In this document: piece after piece, positions 15,686 through 29,075 of the stretch
How positions within the stretch are numbered: the stretch's first letter is position 1
Layout of the letters: every line of letters begins with the position of its first letter
NCBI RefSeq assembly: GCF_058153355.1
Contig: NZ_CM177019.1
Length of the DNA stretch: 64,000 bases
Reading direction: 5' to 3' (one strand)
Notes under the pieces: generated by a model
What the model saw: the letters and a program-made list of their open reading frames with translations, nothing else
What the model was told of the DNA's origin: nothing
The model's database searches: none
Program-made: the position numbers and the translations under genes

Positions 15686-17653
15686 ATGGGTATTTTCTCC
15701 ATTGCTAACCAACATATTCGCTTTGCGGTAAAACTGGCGACCGCCATTGTACTGGCGCTGTTTGTTGGCTTTCACTTCCAGCTGGAAACGCCACGCTGGG
15801 CGGTACTGACAGCGGCGATTGTTGCCGCCGGTCCGGCCTTTGCTGCGGGAGGTGAACCGTATTCTGGCGCTATTCGCTATCGTGGCTTTTTGCGCATCAT
15901 CGGCACATTTATTGGCTGTATTGCCGGACTGGTGATCATCATTGCGATGATCCGCGCACCATTATTGATGATTCTGGTGTGCTGTATCTGGGCCGGTTTT
16001 TGTACCTGGATATCCTCGCTGGTACGAATAGAAAACTCGTATGCGTGGGGGCTGGCCGGTTATACCGCGCTGATCATTGTGATCACCATTCAGCCGGAAC
16101 CATTGCTTACGCCGCAGTTTGCCGTCGAACGTTGTAGCGAGATCGTTATCGGTATTGTGTGTGCAATTATGGCGGATTTGCTCTTTTCTCCGCGATCGAT
16201 CAAACAAGAAGTGGATCGAGAGCTGGAAAGTTTGCTGGTCGCGCAATATCAATTAATGCAACTCTGTATCAAGCATGGCGATGGTGAAGTTGTCGATAAA
16301 GCCTGGGGCGATCTGGTGCGACGCACCACGGCGTTACAAGGTATGCGCAGCAACCTGAATATGGAATCTTCCCGCTGGGCGCGGGCCAATCGACGTTTAA
16401 AAGCGATCAACACGCTATCGCTGACGCTGATTACCCAATCCTGCGAAACTTATCTTATTCAGAATACGCGCCCGGAATTGATCACTGATACTTTCCGCGA
16501 ATTTTTTGACACGCCGGTAGAAACCGCGCAGGACGTCCACAAGCAGCTCAAACGCCTGCGGAGAGTTATCGCCTGGACCGGGGAACGGGAAACGCCTGTC
16601 ACCATTTATAGCTGGGTCGCGGCGGCAACGCGTTATCAGCTTCTCAAGCGCGGCGTTATCAGTAACACAAAAATCAACGCTACTGAAGAAGAGATCCTGC
16701 AAGGCGAACCGGAAGTCAAAGTAGAGTCAGCCGAACGTCATCATGCGATGGTTAACTTCTGGCGAACCACACTTTCCTGCATTCTGGGGACGCTTTTCTG
16801 GCTGTGGACGGGCTGGACTTCCGGCAGTGGTGCAATGGTGATGATTGCGGTAGTGACGTCACTGGCAATGCGTTTGCCGAATCCACGCATGGTGGCGATC
16901 GACTTTATTTATGGGACGCTGGCGGCGCTGCCGTTAGGGCTACTCTACTTTTTGGTGATTATCCCTAATACCCAACAAAGCATGTTATTGCTGTGTATTA
17001 GCCTGGCAGTGCTGGGATTCTTCCTTGGCATTGAAGTACAGAAACGGCGATTGGGCTCGATGGGGGCGCTGGCCAGCACCATAAACATTATCGTGCTGGA
17101 TAACCCGATGACTTTCCATTTCAGTCAGTTTCTCGACAGCGCATTAGGGCAAATCGTCGGCTGTGTGCTCGCGTTCACCGTTATTTTGCTGGTGCGGGAT
17201 AAATCGCGCGACAGGACTGGACGTGTACTGCTTAATCAGTTTGTTTCTGCCGCTGTTTCCGCGATGACTACCAATGTGGCACGTCGTAAAGAGAATCACC
17301 TCCCGGCACTTTATCAGCAGCTGTTTTTGCTGATGAATAAGTTCCCAGGGGATTTGCCGAAATTTCGCCTGGCACTGACGATGATTATCGCGCACCAGCG
17401 CTTGCGTGATGCGCCGATCCCGGTCAACGAGGATTTATCGGCGTTTCACCGGCAAATGCGCCGCACAGCAGACCATGTGATATCTGCCCGTAGCGATGAT
17501 AAACGTCGTCGGTACTTTGGCCAGTTGCTGGAAGAACTGGAAATCTACCAGGAAAAGCTACGCATCTGGCAAGCACCACCGCAGGTGACGGAACCAGTAC
17601 ATCGGCTTACGGGTATGCTCCATAAGTATCAACATGCGTTGACCGATAGTTAA
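15686..17653 (+). CDS. aaeB: p-Hydroxybenzoic acid efflux pump subunit AaeB
   Basis: 655-aa polytopic membrane ORF immediately after aaeA. Confidence 0.9.
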   Translation: MGIFSIANQHIRFAVKLATAIVLALFVGFHFQLETPRWAVLTAAIVAAGPAFAAGGEPYSGAIRYRGFLRIIGTFIGCIAGLVIIIAMIRAPLLMILVCCIWAGFCTWISSLVRIENSYAWGLAGYTALIIVITIQPEPLLTPQFAVERCSEIVIGIVCAIMADLLFSPRSIKQEVDRELESLLVAQYQLMQLCIKHGDGEVVDKAWGDLVRRTTALQGMRSNLNMESSRWARANRRLKAINTLSLTLITQSCETYLIQNTRPELITDTFREFFDTPVETAQDVHKQLKRLRRVIAWTGERETPVTIYSWVAAATRYQLLKRGVISNTKINATEEEILQGEPEVKVESAERHHAMVNFWRTTLSCILGTLFWLWTGWTSGSGAMVMIAVVTSLAMRLPNPRMVAIDFIYGTLAALPLGLLYFLVIIPNTQQSMLLLCISLAVLGFFLGIEVQKRRLGSMGALASTINIIVLDNPMTFHFSQFLDSALGQIVGCVLAFTVILLVRDKSRDRTGRVLLNQFVSAAVSAMTTNVARRKENHLPALYQQLFLLMNKFPGDLPKFRLALTMIIAHQRLRDAPIPVNEDLSAFHRQMRRTADHVISARSDDKRRRYFGQLLEELEIYQEKLRIWQAPPQVTEPVHRLTGMLHKYQHALTDS

Positions 17654-17659
17654 GTCAAA

Positions 17660-17688
17660 ACCGACGCCAAAAGCGTCGGTTTTTTCAT
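17660..17688 (+). terminator. Putative intrinsic terminator after aaeB
   Basis: aaaaccgacgccaaaagcgtcggtttttt: GC stem followed by T-run, just after the aaeB stop. Confidence 0.6.
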
Positions 17689-17744
17689 GGCTATACTTAG
17701 CAATGAACGGCAGAACTCGCCGCGAAACGTGACGGTGGCAACAG

Positions 17745-18017
17745 ATGAATATTTATACCTTTGATTTTGATGAGATTGAGAGTCAGGAGGATTTTTATCG
17801 CGACTTTAGCCAAACCTTTGGTCTGGCAAAAGATAAAGTACGCGATCTCGACTCTCTATGGGATGTGTTAATGAACGATGTCCTGCCGCTACCACTTGAG
17901 ATTGAATTTGTTCATCTGGGAGAGAAAACGCGTCGCCGTTTTGGCGCATTAATATTGCTGTTTGATGAGGCAGAGGAAGAGCTGGAAGGGCATTTGCGTT
18001 TTAATGTTCGTCATTAG
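17745..18017 (+). CDS. yhcO: Barstar-like protein YhcO
   Basis: 90-aa [30 protein letters not shown]... Confidence 0.8.
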   Translation: MNIYTFDFDEIESQEDFYRDFSQTFGLAKDKVRDLDSLWDVLMNDVLPLPLEIEFVHLGEKTRRRFGALILLFDEAEEELEGHLRFNVRH

Positions 18018-18019
18018 CG

Positions 18020-18046
18020 CAAAAAAAAGCCCCCGAACCGGGGGCA
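18020..18046. terminator. Putative bidirectional terminator between convergent yhcO and yhcN
   Basis: aaaaaaaagcccccgaaccgggggcaatat: perfect GC hairpin with an A-run on one side only. Confidence 0.5.
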
Positions 18047-18072
18047 ATATCGTCGGACAAGACGATGAGGGT

Positions 18073-18336
18073 TTATTTGTACAGTTCAGCCGTAGCGTGC
18101 CAGGTGTCACCGCTACGAGCTTCAGTAATCTGGTAGGCCGTTGCGCCTTTCTCTTCCGCTTTTTTGTTCAGCATTTCACGCATATCCATTGGCGAAGACG
18201 CCACACCACTTACGGATACGGTCCCGATTGCTTCACGATTTTGTGCTTGTGCAGCATCAATGGAGTCGGCAGCGAATGCACCGAAAGAGAGAACAGAAAG
18301 TACGCTTAATGCAGCAACAGTGGTTTTGATTTTCAT
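18073..18336 (-). CDS. yhcN: Stress-induced periplasmic protein YhcN (YdgH/BhsA/McbA family)
   Basis: Canonical start MKIKTTVAALSVLSVLSFGAFA (signal peptide) inside ORF-track frame 18073-18387; 87 aa. Confidence 0.8.
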   Translation of the reverse strand: MKIKTTVAALSVLSVLSFGAFAADSIDAAQAQNREAIGTVSVSGVASSPMDMREMLNKKAEEKGATAYQITEARSGDTWHATAELYK

Positions 18337-18700
18337 GATTTTTACCTCGACATAATCTTTTAGCTGGGCCTTTGTTTCGTGACCCATATCACAAAATCAA
18401 GTATACACTAATTATTGAACTAATTAATACCACGCTAACTGTTTCAGTTGATACTAAGTGTTAAAAGTGTGAGTTTTAATAACAAAAAAGAATTAAAAAC
18501 ACGGTTATTTATTATTAATTCTATTATTTTCAATTAGATAATGAATTTTGCATAATGTGCTTTTTTTAACTCATGTATTCATTATGTGAATGATGTGTCG
18601 CGCTAAAACGCACTATCCGTTAAATTAATCGTAGGAGAAAGCAGGGGGATGAGAGGGAAAAGCAACATTTTCCCCGCCGCCAGAAGCGACGGGGCAGAGA

Positions 18701-19174
<474 letters not shown>

Positions 19175-19196
19175 TCACCCGATATGGTGGTTGATA

Positions 19197-19235
19197 CAAC
19201 ATTATTGTGCATACAGATGAATTTTTATGCAAACA
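19197..19235. promoter_or_regulatory. Probable ARG-box operator pair in the argR promoter region (autoregulation)
   Basis: atgaatttttatgca approximates the TGAAT-N4-ATTCA ARG box, with a weaker adjacent half-match; lies just upstream of argR. Confidence 0.4.
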
Positions 19236-19530
19236 GTCAGCCCTGAAGAAGGCTGAAATAATGTTATGAAAGAGCGGGATTTTATCAAATTTCGTTATTG
19301 AGAAACATGCCTGCGTCACGGCATGCAAATTCTGCTTAAAAGTAAATTAATTGTTATCAAATTGATGTTGTTTTGGCTGAACGGTAGGGTATATTGTCAC
19401 CACCTGTTGGAATGTTGCGCTAATGCATAAGCGACTGTTAATTACGTAAGTTAGGTTCCTGATTACGGCAATTAAATGCATAAACGCTAAACTTGCGTGA
19501 CTACACATTCTTGAGATGTGGTCATTGTAA

Positions 19531-20544
<1,014 letters not shown>

Positions 20545-20569
20545 TTGATTAGCGGATAATAAAAAACCG

Positions 20570-20581
20570 GAGCACAGACTC
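20570..20581. repeat. Target-site duplication (left) of the IS4 insertion
   Basis: gagcacagactc directly abuts the IS4 left end; identical 12-mer at 22008-22019. Confidence 0.7.
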
Positions 20582-22007
20582 TAATGCCAGTCAGTTAAGC
20601 AACTGACTGGCTCTTTTTCGGGGCTGTGGGGTATTTCCAGGGCCTCTCCTTTACCACTCTCGGGAAGGCCCTTTCCCTTCTTGTCGGTAATTTCACAAGT
20701 TGTCCCATACTTGCAAGATCGCGCATCAGCTCCGGTATACGTCCCGGTGAAGCGCCCTGCAATGTCATCAGCATTCTCATCACCATTCCGCATGATTCTG
20801 AGAAACTCAGTTGATTCGGCCAGTAACCTTTCAGATGTTCCGCCATTTTAATCATCTGATATCTCACCAGATTATAAGCCAGTAAGACACCCCACAGCTC
20901 TTGCTCCACAAGCTCCGGCTTTTTACTTCTCAGCGTCAGCCTGCTCAGTTGCATCGTCTGTTTTATCTCCCTGTATCCCAGTTCGATTTCCCAGCGATGA
21001 CTGTACAGATCCGCCATTTCTCCTCCGGGGAAGCGCATGGCGTCCGTCATCGACGTCAGCAGATGGCAGACTTTTCCTTTGCGCGTCACGGTCAGCAGGC
21101 GGGCTGTCACTTCATTTCCCAGTCCCGGCCACTTTTTTCGTGCCTGCGGGCTGGTTTTCAGCTTCACCAGATGATCGCCTTTACCCAGTTTTCTGATCTC
21201 TTCATATTGCGCTCCCTTTCTGAGAGGTATCATCCAGTGGCGGTGTTCTCCCGCCAGGCTCCAGGCATTTAACAGTCCCAGTGAGTAATAACCTTTATCC
21301 ATTAACGTCAGAGTGTTATCGCCGGTTTGTTCTATAAGTTGCTCAGCAAGCTCATTTTCGCTGTTCTTCATCGTGCCGAAGGCTGCAGCCGTCAGCAGAT
21401 GGCTGGTCAGTTCCATCTGGCAGACCATTTTGACCTGCGGGTAGAGCGCCGGGTTCCCGGCATGTGTCTGGCGGGGGAAGGCTGCATCGTTCTCTGGTGT
21501 ATCCGGTGTGCGCCAGAACACACCATCGATGGCCAGCAGGGTCAGGCCGCACCAGTGCGGATGCGGCGTGGCGTTATGCCAGAGCTGCGCTGTTTTCGTG
21601 AACACGCGGCGGACAGCCTCACTTCCCAGGCGCTGGCGGGCCTGAATAACGGCACTGGGGGCAACGAAGGGGCGATTGCCCGGCAGCATGATGTCCAGGC
21701 GATTCACAATCTGGTGAAGAGGTTCTTTACGCTCAAGCGCCATGCCAACAATACACCAGACCATCATTTCGAGGGGAAGACGGCGCTTGCGTAGCGTTAC
21801 AGTACCTGATTCGGCAAGGCAACGAGAGATGAGTTCGGGGTCGAGGTAATCCCCCAGAGAAGTCAGTGGGTTACGCAGAGAATCGTAACGGGATACCAGA
21901 TCAAGAGCCTGTCCAATGTGCATAAAAAAATCCGGAAACAAGTGAGCGTTTCCGGATTCTTACACAGCCACTGGATCGGTCAACTGATCCTTAACTGATC
22001 GGCATTA
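20582..22007 (-). mobile_element. IS4 insertion sequence, complete (1426 bp)
   Basis: Imperfect terminal inverted repeats taatgccagtcagttaagc (left) and ccttaactgatcggcatta (right); single transposase ORF; flanked by a 12-bp direct repeat; length matches IS4. Confidence 0.9.
20595..21923 (-). CDS. insG: IS4 transposase (InsG-like, DDE family)
   Basis: Canonical start [32 protein letters not shown] inside ORF-track frame 20595-21941; 442 aa. Confidence 0.9.
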   Translation of the reverse strand: MHIGQALDLVSRYDSLRNPLTSLGDYLDPELISRCLAESGTVTLRKRRLPLEMMVWCIVGMALERKEPLHQIVNRLDIMLPGNRPFVAPSAVIQARQRLGSEAVRRVFTKTAQLWHNATPHPHWCGLTLLAIDGVFWRTPDTPENDAAFPRQTHAGNPALYPQVKMVCQMELTSHLLTAAAFGTMKNSENELAEQLIEQTGDNTLTLMDKGYYSLGLLNAWSLAGEHRHWMIPLRKGAQYEEIRKLGKGDHLVKLKTSPQARKKWPGLGNEVTARLLTVTRKGKVCHLLTSMTDAMRFPGGEMADLYSHRWEIELGYREIKQTMQLSRLTLRSKKPELVEQELWGVLLAYNLVRYQMIKMAEHLKGYWPNQLSFSESCGMVMRMLMTLQGASPGRIPELMRDLASMGQLVKLPTRRERAFPRVVKERPWKYPTAPKKSQSVA

Positions 22008-22019
22008 GAGCACAGACTC
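22008..22019. repeat. Target-site duplication (right) of the IS4 insertion
   Basis: gagcacagactc directly abuts the IS4 right end; identical to 20570-20581. Confidence 0.7.
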
Positions 22020-22044
22020 CGGTTTTTTGTTTTGAGCGCACGAC

Positions 22045-23112
22045 TTAATTGGTTGCCGGATATTCCTGAATGGTGACCTGCAGCGTTAACTGCTTATCAT
22101 CACGCATCACGACAACCGGGATCACCGAGCCAGGGCGAATTTCCGCCACCTGATCCATCGTCTCCAGAGCAGAGATGGCCGGTTTGTTATCCACCGAAAT
22201 AATCAAATCATTGACCTGTATACCCGCATTCGCCGCCGGGCCGTCAGGTGACACTTCATTAACCACGATCCCTTGCAGTTGATCTATACCACCGCCCTGC
22301 GCGTGCAGTGGTGCGATCTCACGTCCGCCGATACCAATGTAGCCGCGGATCACGCGACCATCGCGGATCAGCTTATCCATAATTTTGGTTGCTAACTGGA
22401 AAGGAATCGCAAAGCCGATGCCTTCCGGCGTTTCGCCATCGTTACTCTTATCAAACGACAGCGTGTTAATGCCCATCAGTTCGCCCAGCGAGTTCACCAG
22501 TGCGCCGCCAGAGTTACCGTGGTTAATGGAAGCATCGGTTTGCAGGAAGTTTTGCCGCCCGGTCGGGTTCAGACCAATTCGACCCGTGGCACTAATAATC
22601 CCCTGGGTAATGGTCTGCCCGAGGTTGTACGGGTTACCGATCGCCAGTACCACGTCACCAATGTGCGGTACGCGACGTGCATTGATTGGAATGGTAGGTA
22701 AACCGCCAGTGGCATTAATTTTAAGTACCGCCAGATCGGTTAGAGAGTCAGATCCCACCAGCAATGCTTCAAATACACGTCCATCTTGTAAGGCGACGAT
22801 GATCTGATCGGCGTCGTTGATGACGTGTTTATTGGTGATGATATAACCGCGTTGATCCATGATTACACCGGATCCCAGGGTGCGGATCTCAAGCTGGTTG
22901 TGAGAGTTGGTGTTCAAACCACGGTTGTAAACGTTAACCACCGCTGGCGCGGCGCGGCGAACCGCCAGATTATAGCTGGCAGGCGTCTCATCGGTACTGT
23001 CAAATTGCGGAGTGGAAAGCGGGTTAAGGCTGCGCAGTGAAGGCATGGCAACCAGCAGAATAGCGCCGACAATTAATCCAATCGCAACGGAACGTAAGAG
23101 CTTCACAAACAT
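22045..23112 (-). CDS. degS: Serine endoprotease DegS (sigma-E pathway site-1 protease)
   Basis: 355-aa ORF MFVKLLRSVAIGLIVGAILLVAMP... with trypsin-like and PDZ domains. Confidence 0.95.
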   Translation of the reverse strand: MFVKLLRSVAIGLIVGAILLVAMPSLRSLNPLSTPQFDSTDETPASYNLAVRRAAPAVVNVYNRGLNTNSHNQLEIRTLGSGVIMDQRGYIITNKHVINDADQIIVALQDGRVFEALLVGSDSLTDLAVLKINATGGLPTIPINARRVPHIGDVVLAIGNPYNLGQTITQGIISATGRIGLNPTGRQNFLQTDASINHGNSGGALVNSLGELMGINTLSFDKSNDGETPEGIGFAIPFQLATKIMDKLIRDGRVIRGYIGIGGREIAPLHAQGGGIDQLQGIVVNEVSPDGPAANAGIQVNDLIISVDNKPAISALETMDQVAEIRPGSVIPVVVMRDDKQLTLQVTIQEYPATN

Positions 23113-23201
23113 GATGGAGGCGTCATTAAAAAAGGGAACGGCAGCAGCATACCACGAGTTAACCGGACATCACACGTCAGCCTGATGCCCGGTTTACGAC
23201 A

Positions 23202-24569
23202 TTAACGCATCAGCAAATAGATGCTTTCATTGCCGCGTACAATTTGCAGGGCGATGATGGCCGGTTTTGCCGCCAGCACTTTACGCATTTCAGCAATCGA
23301 GTTCACCCGATCGCGGTTGACGCCAATGATCACATCGTCTTTTTGCAAGCCTGCCTGAGCAGCTGGGCTTCCTTTGACAACCTCATCGATCTTAATACCT
23401 TTGCCGCCATCTTTTAGCTGACCATCGCTCAACGTTGCACCTTCCAGCGCTGGCGTGATCATTTCAGCGCTGGCCGACGAAGAGGTGCTGGTATCGAGCG
23501 TCACTTCTACTTCCAGTGGTTTGCCGTTACGCAGCAGGCCAAGCTTCACTTTCGTGCCCGGCTCGGTGGTTGCGATACGAGAGCGCAACTCAGCAAAGCT
23601 ATTCAGCGGTTTGCCGTTGAGGCTGGTAATAATATCGCCCGCTTTGATGCCCGCTTTTGCCGAGCCAGAACCTGGCAACACTTCGCTGACAAACGCGCCA
23701 CGCTGCACGTCAAGGTTGAAGGCTTTGGCGATATCGGCACTCATCTCGGTGCCTTTGATGCCTAACAGACCGCGTTTGATTTCACCAAAGTCGATAAGCT
23801 GCTGCGCCAGTGTTCGCGCCATATTACTGGGGATGGCAAATCCAATCCCGACGCTCCCACCGCCAGGCGCAAGGATTGCAGTGTTGATGCCAATTAACTC
23901 ACCGTTAAGGTTTAACAGTGCACCGCCGGAGTTACCGCGGTTAATGGAAGCATCTGTCTGGATAAAGTTTTCAAGACCTTCAAGATTCAACCCGCTGCGG
24001 CCTAATGCGGAAACAATGCCAGAGGTGGCGGTTTGCCCAAGGCCAAATGGGTTACCGACTGCCACGGCAAAATCACCGACGCGCAGTTTGTCTGAGTCGG
24101 CAATGGCGATTTGCGTTAATTTACTCGGGTTTTGAATTTGCAAAAGGGCGATATCGCTTTGGTCATCGCTACCAATCAGTTTTGCATCAAACTCGCGCCC
24201 ATCATTGAGTTGAATACTGATTTTCTGTGCCTGTTTAATTACATGGTTGTTGGTCAGAACATAGCCTTTACTGGCGTTGATGATGACACCGGAGCCTAAA
24301 CCTTCGAAAGGTTGTGCAGGTTGATCCGGTAAATCATCACCAAAAAACTTTTTGAATTCTTCCGGGATTTTCTGTCCCTGACTGGCCGTTCCTTCCACTC
24401 GTACGCTCACCACTGCCGGAAGCACTTTTTCCAGCATTGGGGCCAGACTGGGGAGAGGGGCCTGATCGGCAACCTGGCCTGGAATCGACGCAACGGCCTG
24501 AAATGACGCCGAGAGAGTTAACCCGACACTTAACGCTAATGCACTCAACAGCTGGGTTTGTTTTTTCAT
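23202..24569 (-). CDS. degQ: Periplasmic serine endoprotease DegQ
   Basis: Canonical start MKKQTQLLSALALSVGLTLSASFQAVA inside ORF-track frame 23202-24611; 455 aa. Confidence 0.9.
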   Translation of the reverse strand: MKKQTQLLSALALSVGLTLSASFQAVASIPGQVADQAPLPSLAPMLEKVLPAVVSVRVEGTASQGQKIPEEFKKFFGDDLPDQPAQPFEGLGSGVIINASKGYVLTNNHVIKQAQKISIQLNDGREFDAKLIGSDDQSDIALLQIQNPSKLTQIAIADSDKLRVGDFAVAVGNPFGLGQTATSGIVSALGRSGLNLEGLENFIQTDASINRGNSGGALLNLNGELIGINTAILAPGGGSVGIGFAIPSNMARTLAQQLIDFGEIKRGLLGIKGTEMSADIAKAFNLDVQRGAFVSEVLPGSGSAKAGIKAGDIITSLNGKPLNSFAELRSRIATTEPGTKVKLGLLRNGKPLEVEVTLDTSTSSSASAEMITPALEGATLSDGQLKDGGKGIKIDEVVKGSPAAQAGLQKDDVIIGVNRDRVNSIAEMRKVLAAKPAIIALQIVRGNESIYLLMR

Positions 24570-24722
24570 TATTCCTGCTCTCGTACCTGAATGATAAGAA
24601 AAGAGATTCAAAACAGTTTGATGTTATTGAATTTTCAGACGGCTAACAATGAGACACCAGATTAAATGATAGTCGGGGAGGGAAAGAAGAGGAGGGCGCA
24701 ATGGCTGCGCCCGAAAAATAAA

Positions 24723-25121
24723 TTAGTCGCGCTTCGCGCCAGTACGCAGCAGGCCTGACGCGCCTTCAGAATAGTCGCGTGGCATTTGCACCGGTGCCTG
24801 ATCGTTGCTGGCTTCGGACTCTGCCAGACGATTACGGAACGGGTTTGCTTCAGCAGACAGTTCCGGCAGCAGGCTGCTGGAGCTTTTCGCCATGTGTTGA
24901 TACAGCTGGCGATAGTCGTGCGCCATGGTATCCAGTAATTCCGCGCTGCGGGCAAAGTGGCTAACCAGCTCTTCGCGATACTCGTCCAGTTCAGCTTTAT
25001 TCTTTTCCAGTTCGTACTGCAACGCCTGTTGCTGGCGTAGTTTACGATTACCAAAACGCATGGCCACAGCACCAATAATGATGCCGACGACTAACCCAAT
25101 TAGCGCATATTCCCAGGTCAT
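24723..25121 (-). CDS. yhcB: Inner-membrane protein YhcB/ZapG (DUF1043)
   Basis: Canonical start MTWEYALIGLVVGIIIGAVAMRFGN inside ORF-track frame 24723-25127; 132 aa. Confidence 0.85.
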   Translation of the reverse strand: MTWEYALIGLVVGIIIGAVAMRFGNRKLRQQQALQYELEKNKAELDEYREELVSHFARSAELLDTMAHDYRQLYQHMAKSSSSLLPELSAEANPFRNRLAESEASNDQAPVQMPRDYSEGASGLLRTGAKRD

Positions 25122-25314
25122 GAACATCTCCCGTTGTCTTTTGTTTCCGTAGGGTGTTGGCTTCAGGCTCCATGCCTGCGGCTGATTATGCCACTATAAC
25201 CGTTAATTCCACAGAAGTGGAATCCCGACTGCATATCGCGTAGTGTAGAACGGCCTTTTTTTCGTCAACCGTGAACAACGGCGCACCGATTATTCAAGGA
25301 ATAACAATAAGATC

Positions 25315-26442
25315 ATGCAAAGCGTTACCCCAACATCGCAATACCTGAAGGCGCTCAATGAAGGCAGCCATCAACCCGACGACGTTCAAAAAGAGGCCGT
25401 CAGCCGCCTGGAAATTATTTATCAGGAACTCATCAATAGCACGCCTCCAGCCCCCAGGACGAGTGGGCTAATGGCGCGGGTCGGTAAGCTGTGGGGTAAA
25501 CGCGAAGACACACAGCATACGCCAGTGCGTGGCTTATATATGTGGGGCGGGGTAGGACGCGGGAAAACCTGGCTGATGGACCTTTTCTATCAAAGCCTGC
25601 CGGGAGAGCGGAAACAGCGTCTGCACTTTCACCGTTTTATGCTGCGGGTACATGAAGAGCTAACTGCTTTGCAGGGGCAGACCGATCCGCTGGAAATTAT
25701 TGCCGATCGCTTTAAAGCAGAAACTGACGTGCTCTGTTTTGACGAATTTTTTGTTTCTGATATTACCGATGCCATGCTACTTGGCGGCCTGATGAAAGCC
25801 CTGTTCGCCCGCGGTATTACCCTGGTAGCGACGTCAAATATTCCGCCGGACGAACTTTATCGAAATGGCCTGCAACGTGCGCGTTTTTTGCCTGCAATCG
25901 ATGCCATTAAACAGAATTGTGATGTAATGAACGTGGACGCCGGTGTTGATTATCGACTGCGTACGCTCACTCAGGCGCACCTGTGGCTTTCGCCACTCAA
26001 CGATGAAACCCGGACGCAAATGGACAAACTATGGTTGGCGCTGGCGGGGGCGAAACGAGAAAATTCACCGACGTTAGAAATCAACCATCGGCCATTGGCG
26101 ACAATGGGCGTCGAGAACCAGACGCTGGCGGTCTCTTTTACTACGCTGTGCGTCGACGCCCGCAGTCAGCATGACTATATTGCGCTCTCACGCCTCTTTC
26201 ACACGGTCATGTTGTTTGATGTACCAGTTATGACGCGGTTGATGGAGAGCGAAGCGCGGCGCTTTATTGCGCTGGTGGATGAGTTTTACGAGCGCCATGT
26301 CAAATTAGTGGTGAGTGCAGAAGTGCCGCTGTATGAAATTTATCAGGGCGATCGGCTGAAGTTTGAGTTCCAGCGTTGCCTGTCACGTCTGCAAGAGATG
26401 CAAAGCGAAGAGTATCTGAAGCGCGAGCATTTAGCGGGTTAA
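25315..26442 (+). CDS. zapE: Cell-division ATPase ZapE (YhcM, AFG1-like)
   Basis: 375-aa ORF with Walker A motif GGVGRGKT. Confidence 0.9.
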   Translation: MQSVTPTSQYLKALNEGSHQPDDVQKEAVSRLEIIYQELINSTPPAPRTSGLMARVGKLWGKREDTQHTPVRGLYMWGGVGRGKTWLMDLFYQSLPGERKQRLHFHRFMLRVHEELTALQGQTDPLEIIADRFKAETDVLCFDEFFVSDITDAMLLGGLMKALFARGITLVATSNIPPDELYRNGLQRARFLPAIDAIKQNCDVMNVDAGVDYRLRTLTQAHLWLSPLNDETRTQMDKLWLALAGAKRENSPTLEINHRPLATMGVENQTLAVSFTTLCVDARSQHDYIALSRLFHTVMLFDVPVMTRLMESEARRFIALVDEFYERHVKLVVSAEVPLYEIYQGDRLKFEFQRCLSRLQEMQSEEYLKREHLAG

Positions 26443-26573
26443 AACCTGCCACAAATCACAAAAAGGGGTCGATCTTTGACCCCGACTTCTCTATAATCCT
26501 GCGACCCCACGTTACAAGAAAGTTTTTTTCCCAAAACTTTTTGTGTGCTGGCATAGGCTATTCGAAGGGGTAG

Positions 26574-27089
<516 letters not shown>

Positions 27090-27101
27090 TCGGGATTATA
27101 G

Positions 27102-27497
<396 letters not shown>

Positions 27498-27529
27498 TTG
27501 GTTTCTGCTCCGGCAGAAAACAATTTGCG

Positions 27530-27557
27530 AAAAAAACCCGCTTCGGCGGGTTTTTTT
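27530..27557 (+). terminator. Intrinsic terminator after rplM-rpsI
   Basis: aaaaaaacccgcttcggcgggttttttt: GC stem with GNRA-type loop and T-run. Confidence 0.7.
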
Positions 27558-27890
27558 ATGGCTAAAATCTGAATCAGCGTAAAAAAAGGAATGTTGATTT
27601 TTGCTGTCGCCTGACAGACAGAAAACAAAAACCACATCGCCGATAAGGGACTAAGTCAACCATTTCAGACTAAAGCGCATCTCTTTTTCCCCATTTCCGG
27701 CATCGACTCACCACAAAGGTCACAAAATCTGGTAAACTATCATCCAATTTTCTGCCCAAATGTCGGGTATTGCTCATTTTTTGTTTGATTTTCGAACAAA
27801 GAGAGTCGTTCCTTACTGGGTAACACAACTTCTGACTGGCCACCTGGTGGCTGGTAGCAGTAAAAATTCTGACTATACCTGGAGGTTTTC

Positions 27891-28529
27891 ATGGCTGTCG
27901 CTGCCAACAAACGTTCGGTAATGACGCTGTTTTCCGGTCCTACTGACATCTATAGCCATCAGGTCCGCATTGTGCTGGCTGAGAAAGGTGTAAGTTTCGA
28001 GATCGAACACGTGGAAAAGGACAATCCGCCTCAGGATCTGATTGACCTCAACCCGAATCAGAGCGTTCCGACCCTGGTGGATCGTGAGCTGACCCTGTGG
28101 GAATCTCGCATCATTATGGAATATCTGGATGAGCGTTTCCCGCATCCGCCACTGATGCCTGTTTACCCGGTAGCTCGCGGTGAAAGCCGTCTGTACATGC
28201 ATCGCATCGAAAAAGACTGGTACACGCTGATGAACACCATCATCAACGGTTCAGCTTCTGAAGCAGATGCCGCACGTAAGCAACTGCGCGAAGAACTGCT
28301 GGCGATTGCGCCGGTCTTCGGTCAGAAGCCGTACTTCCTGAGCGATGAGTTCAGCCTGGTCGATTGCTACCTTGCTCCGCTGCTGTGGCGTCTGCCGCAA
28401 CTGGGTATCGAGTTCAGCGGTCCGGGTGCGAAAGAGCTGAAAGGCTATATGACCCGCGTCTTTGAACGTGACTCTTTCCTTGCTTCTTTAACTGAAGCAG
28501 AACGTGAAATGCGTCTGGGCCGGAGTTAA
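27891..28529 (+). CDS. sspA: Stringent starvation protein A
   Basis: 212-aa GST-fold ORF MAVAANKRSVMTLFSGPTDIYSHQVRIVLAEKG... Confidence 0.95.
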   Translation: MAVAANKRSVMTLFSGPTDIYSHQVRIVLAEKGVSFEIEHVEKDNPPQDLIDLNPNQSVPTLVDRELTLWESRIIMEYLDERFPHPPLMPVYPVARGESRLYMHRIEKDWYTLMNTIINGSASEADAARKQLREELLAIAPVFGQKPYFLSDEFSLVDCYLAPLLWRLPQLGIEFSGPGAKELKGYMTRVFERDSFLASLTEAEREMRLGRS

Positions 28530-28534
28530 TCTGT

Positions 28535-29032
28535 ATGGATTTGTCACAGCTAACACCACGTCGTCCCTATCTGCTGCGTGCATTCTATGAGTGGTTGCTG
28601 GATAACCAGCTCACGCCGCACCTGGTGGTGGATGTGACGCTCCCTGGCGTGCAGGTTCCTATGGAATATGCGCGTGACGGGCAAATCGTACTCAACATTG
28701 CGCCGCGTGCTGTCGGCAATCTGGAACTGGCGAATGATGAGGTGCGCTTTAACGCGCGCTTTGGTGGCATTCCGCGTCAGGTTTCTGTGCCGCTGGCTGC
28801 CGTGCTGGCTATCTACGCCCGTGAAAATGGCGCAGGCACGATGTTTGAACCTGAAGCTGCCTACGATGAAGATGCCAGCATCATGAATGATGAAGAGGCA
28901 TCGGCAGACAACGAAACCGTTATGTCGGTTATTGATGGCGACAAGCCAGATCACGATGATGACACTCATCCTGACGATGAACCACCGCAGCCACCACGCG
29001 GTGGTCGACCGGCATTACGCGTTGTGAAGTAA
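28535..29032 (+). CDS. sspB: ClpXP adaptor SspB
   Basis: 165-aa ORF MDLSQLTPRRPYLLRAFYEWLLDNQLTPHLVV... ending ...RGGRPALRVVK. Confidence 0.95.
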   Translation: MDLSQLTPRRPYLLRAFYEWLLDNQLTPHLVVDVTLPGVQVPMEYARDGQIVLNIAPRAVGNLELANDEVRFNARFGGIPRQVSVPLAAVLAIYARENGAGTMFEPEAAYDEDASIMNDEEASADNETVMSVIDGDKPDHDDDTHPDDEPPQPPRGGRPALRVVK

Positions 29033-29034
29033 AA

Positions 29035-29062
29035 GGAAAACAGGCCCTGGCGGCCTGTTTTG
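29035..29062. terminator. Putative bidirectional terminator between convergent sspB and dcuD
   Basis: aaaacaggccctggcggcctgtttt: perfect hairpin flanked by A-run and T-run. Confidence 0.55.
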
Positions 29063-29075
29063 TCTTCTTTATCGC

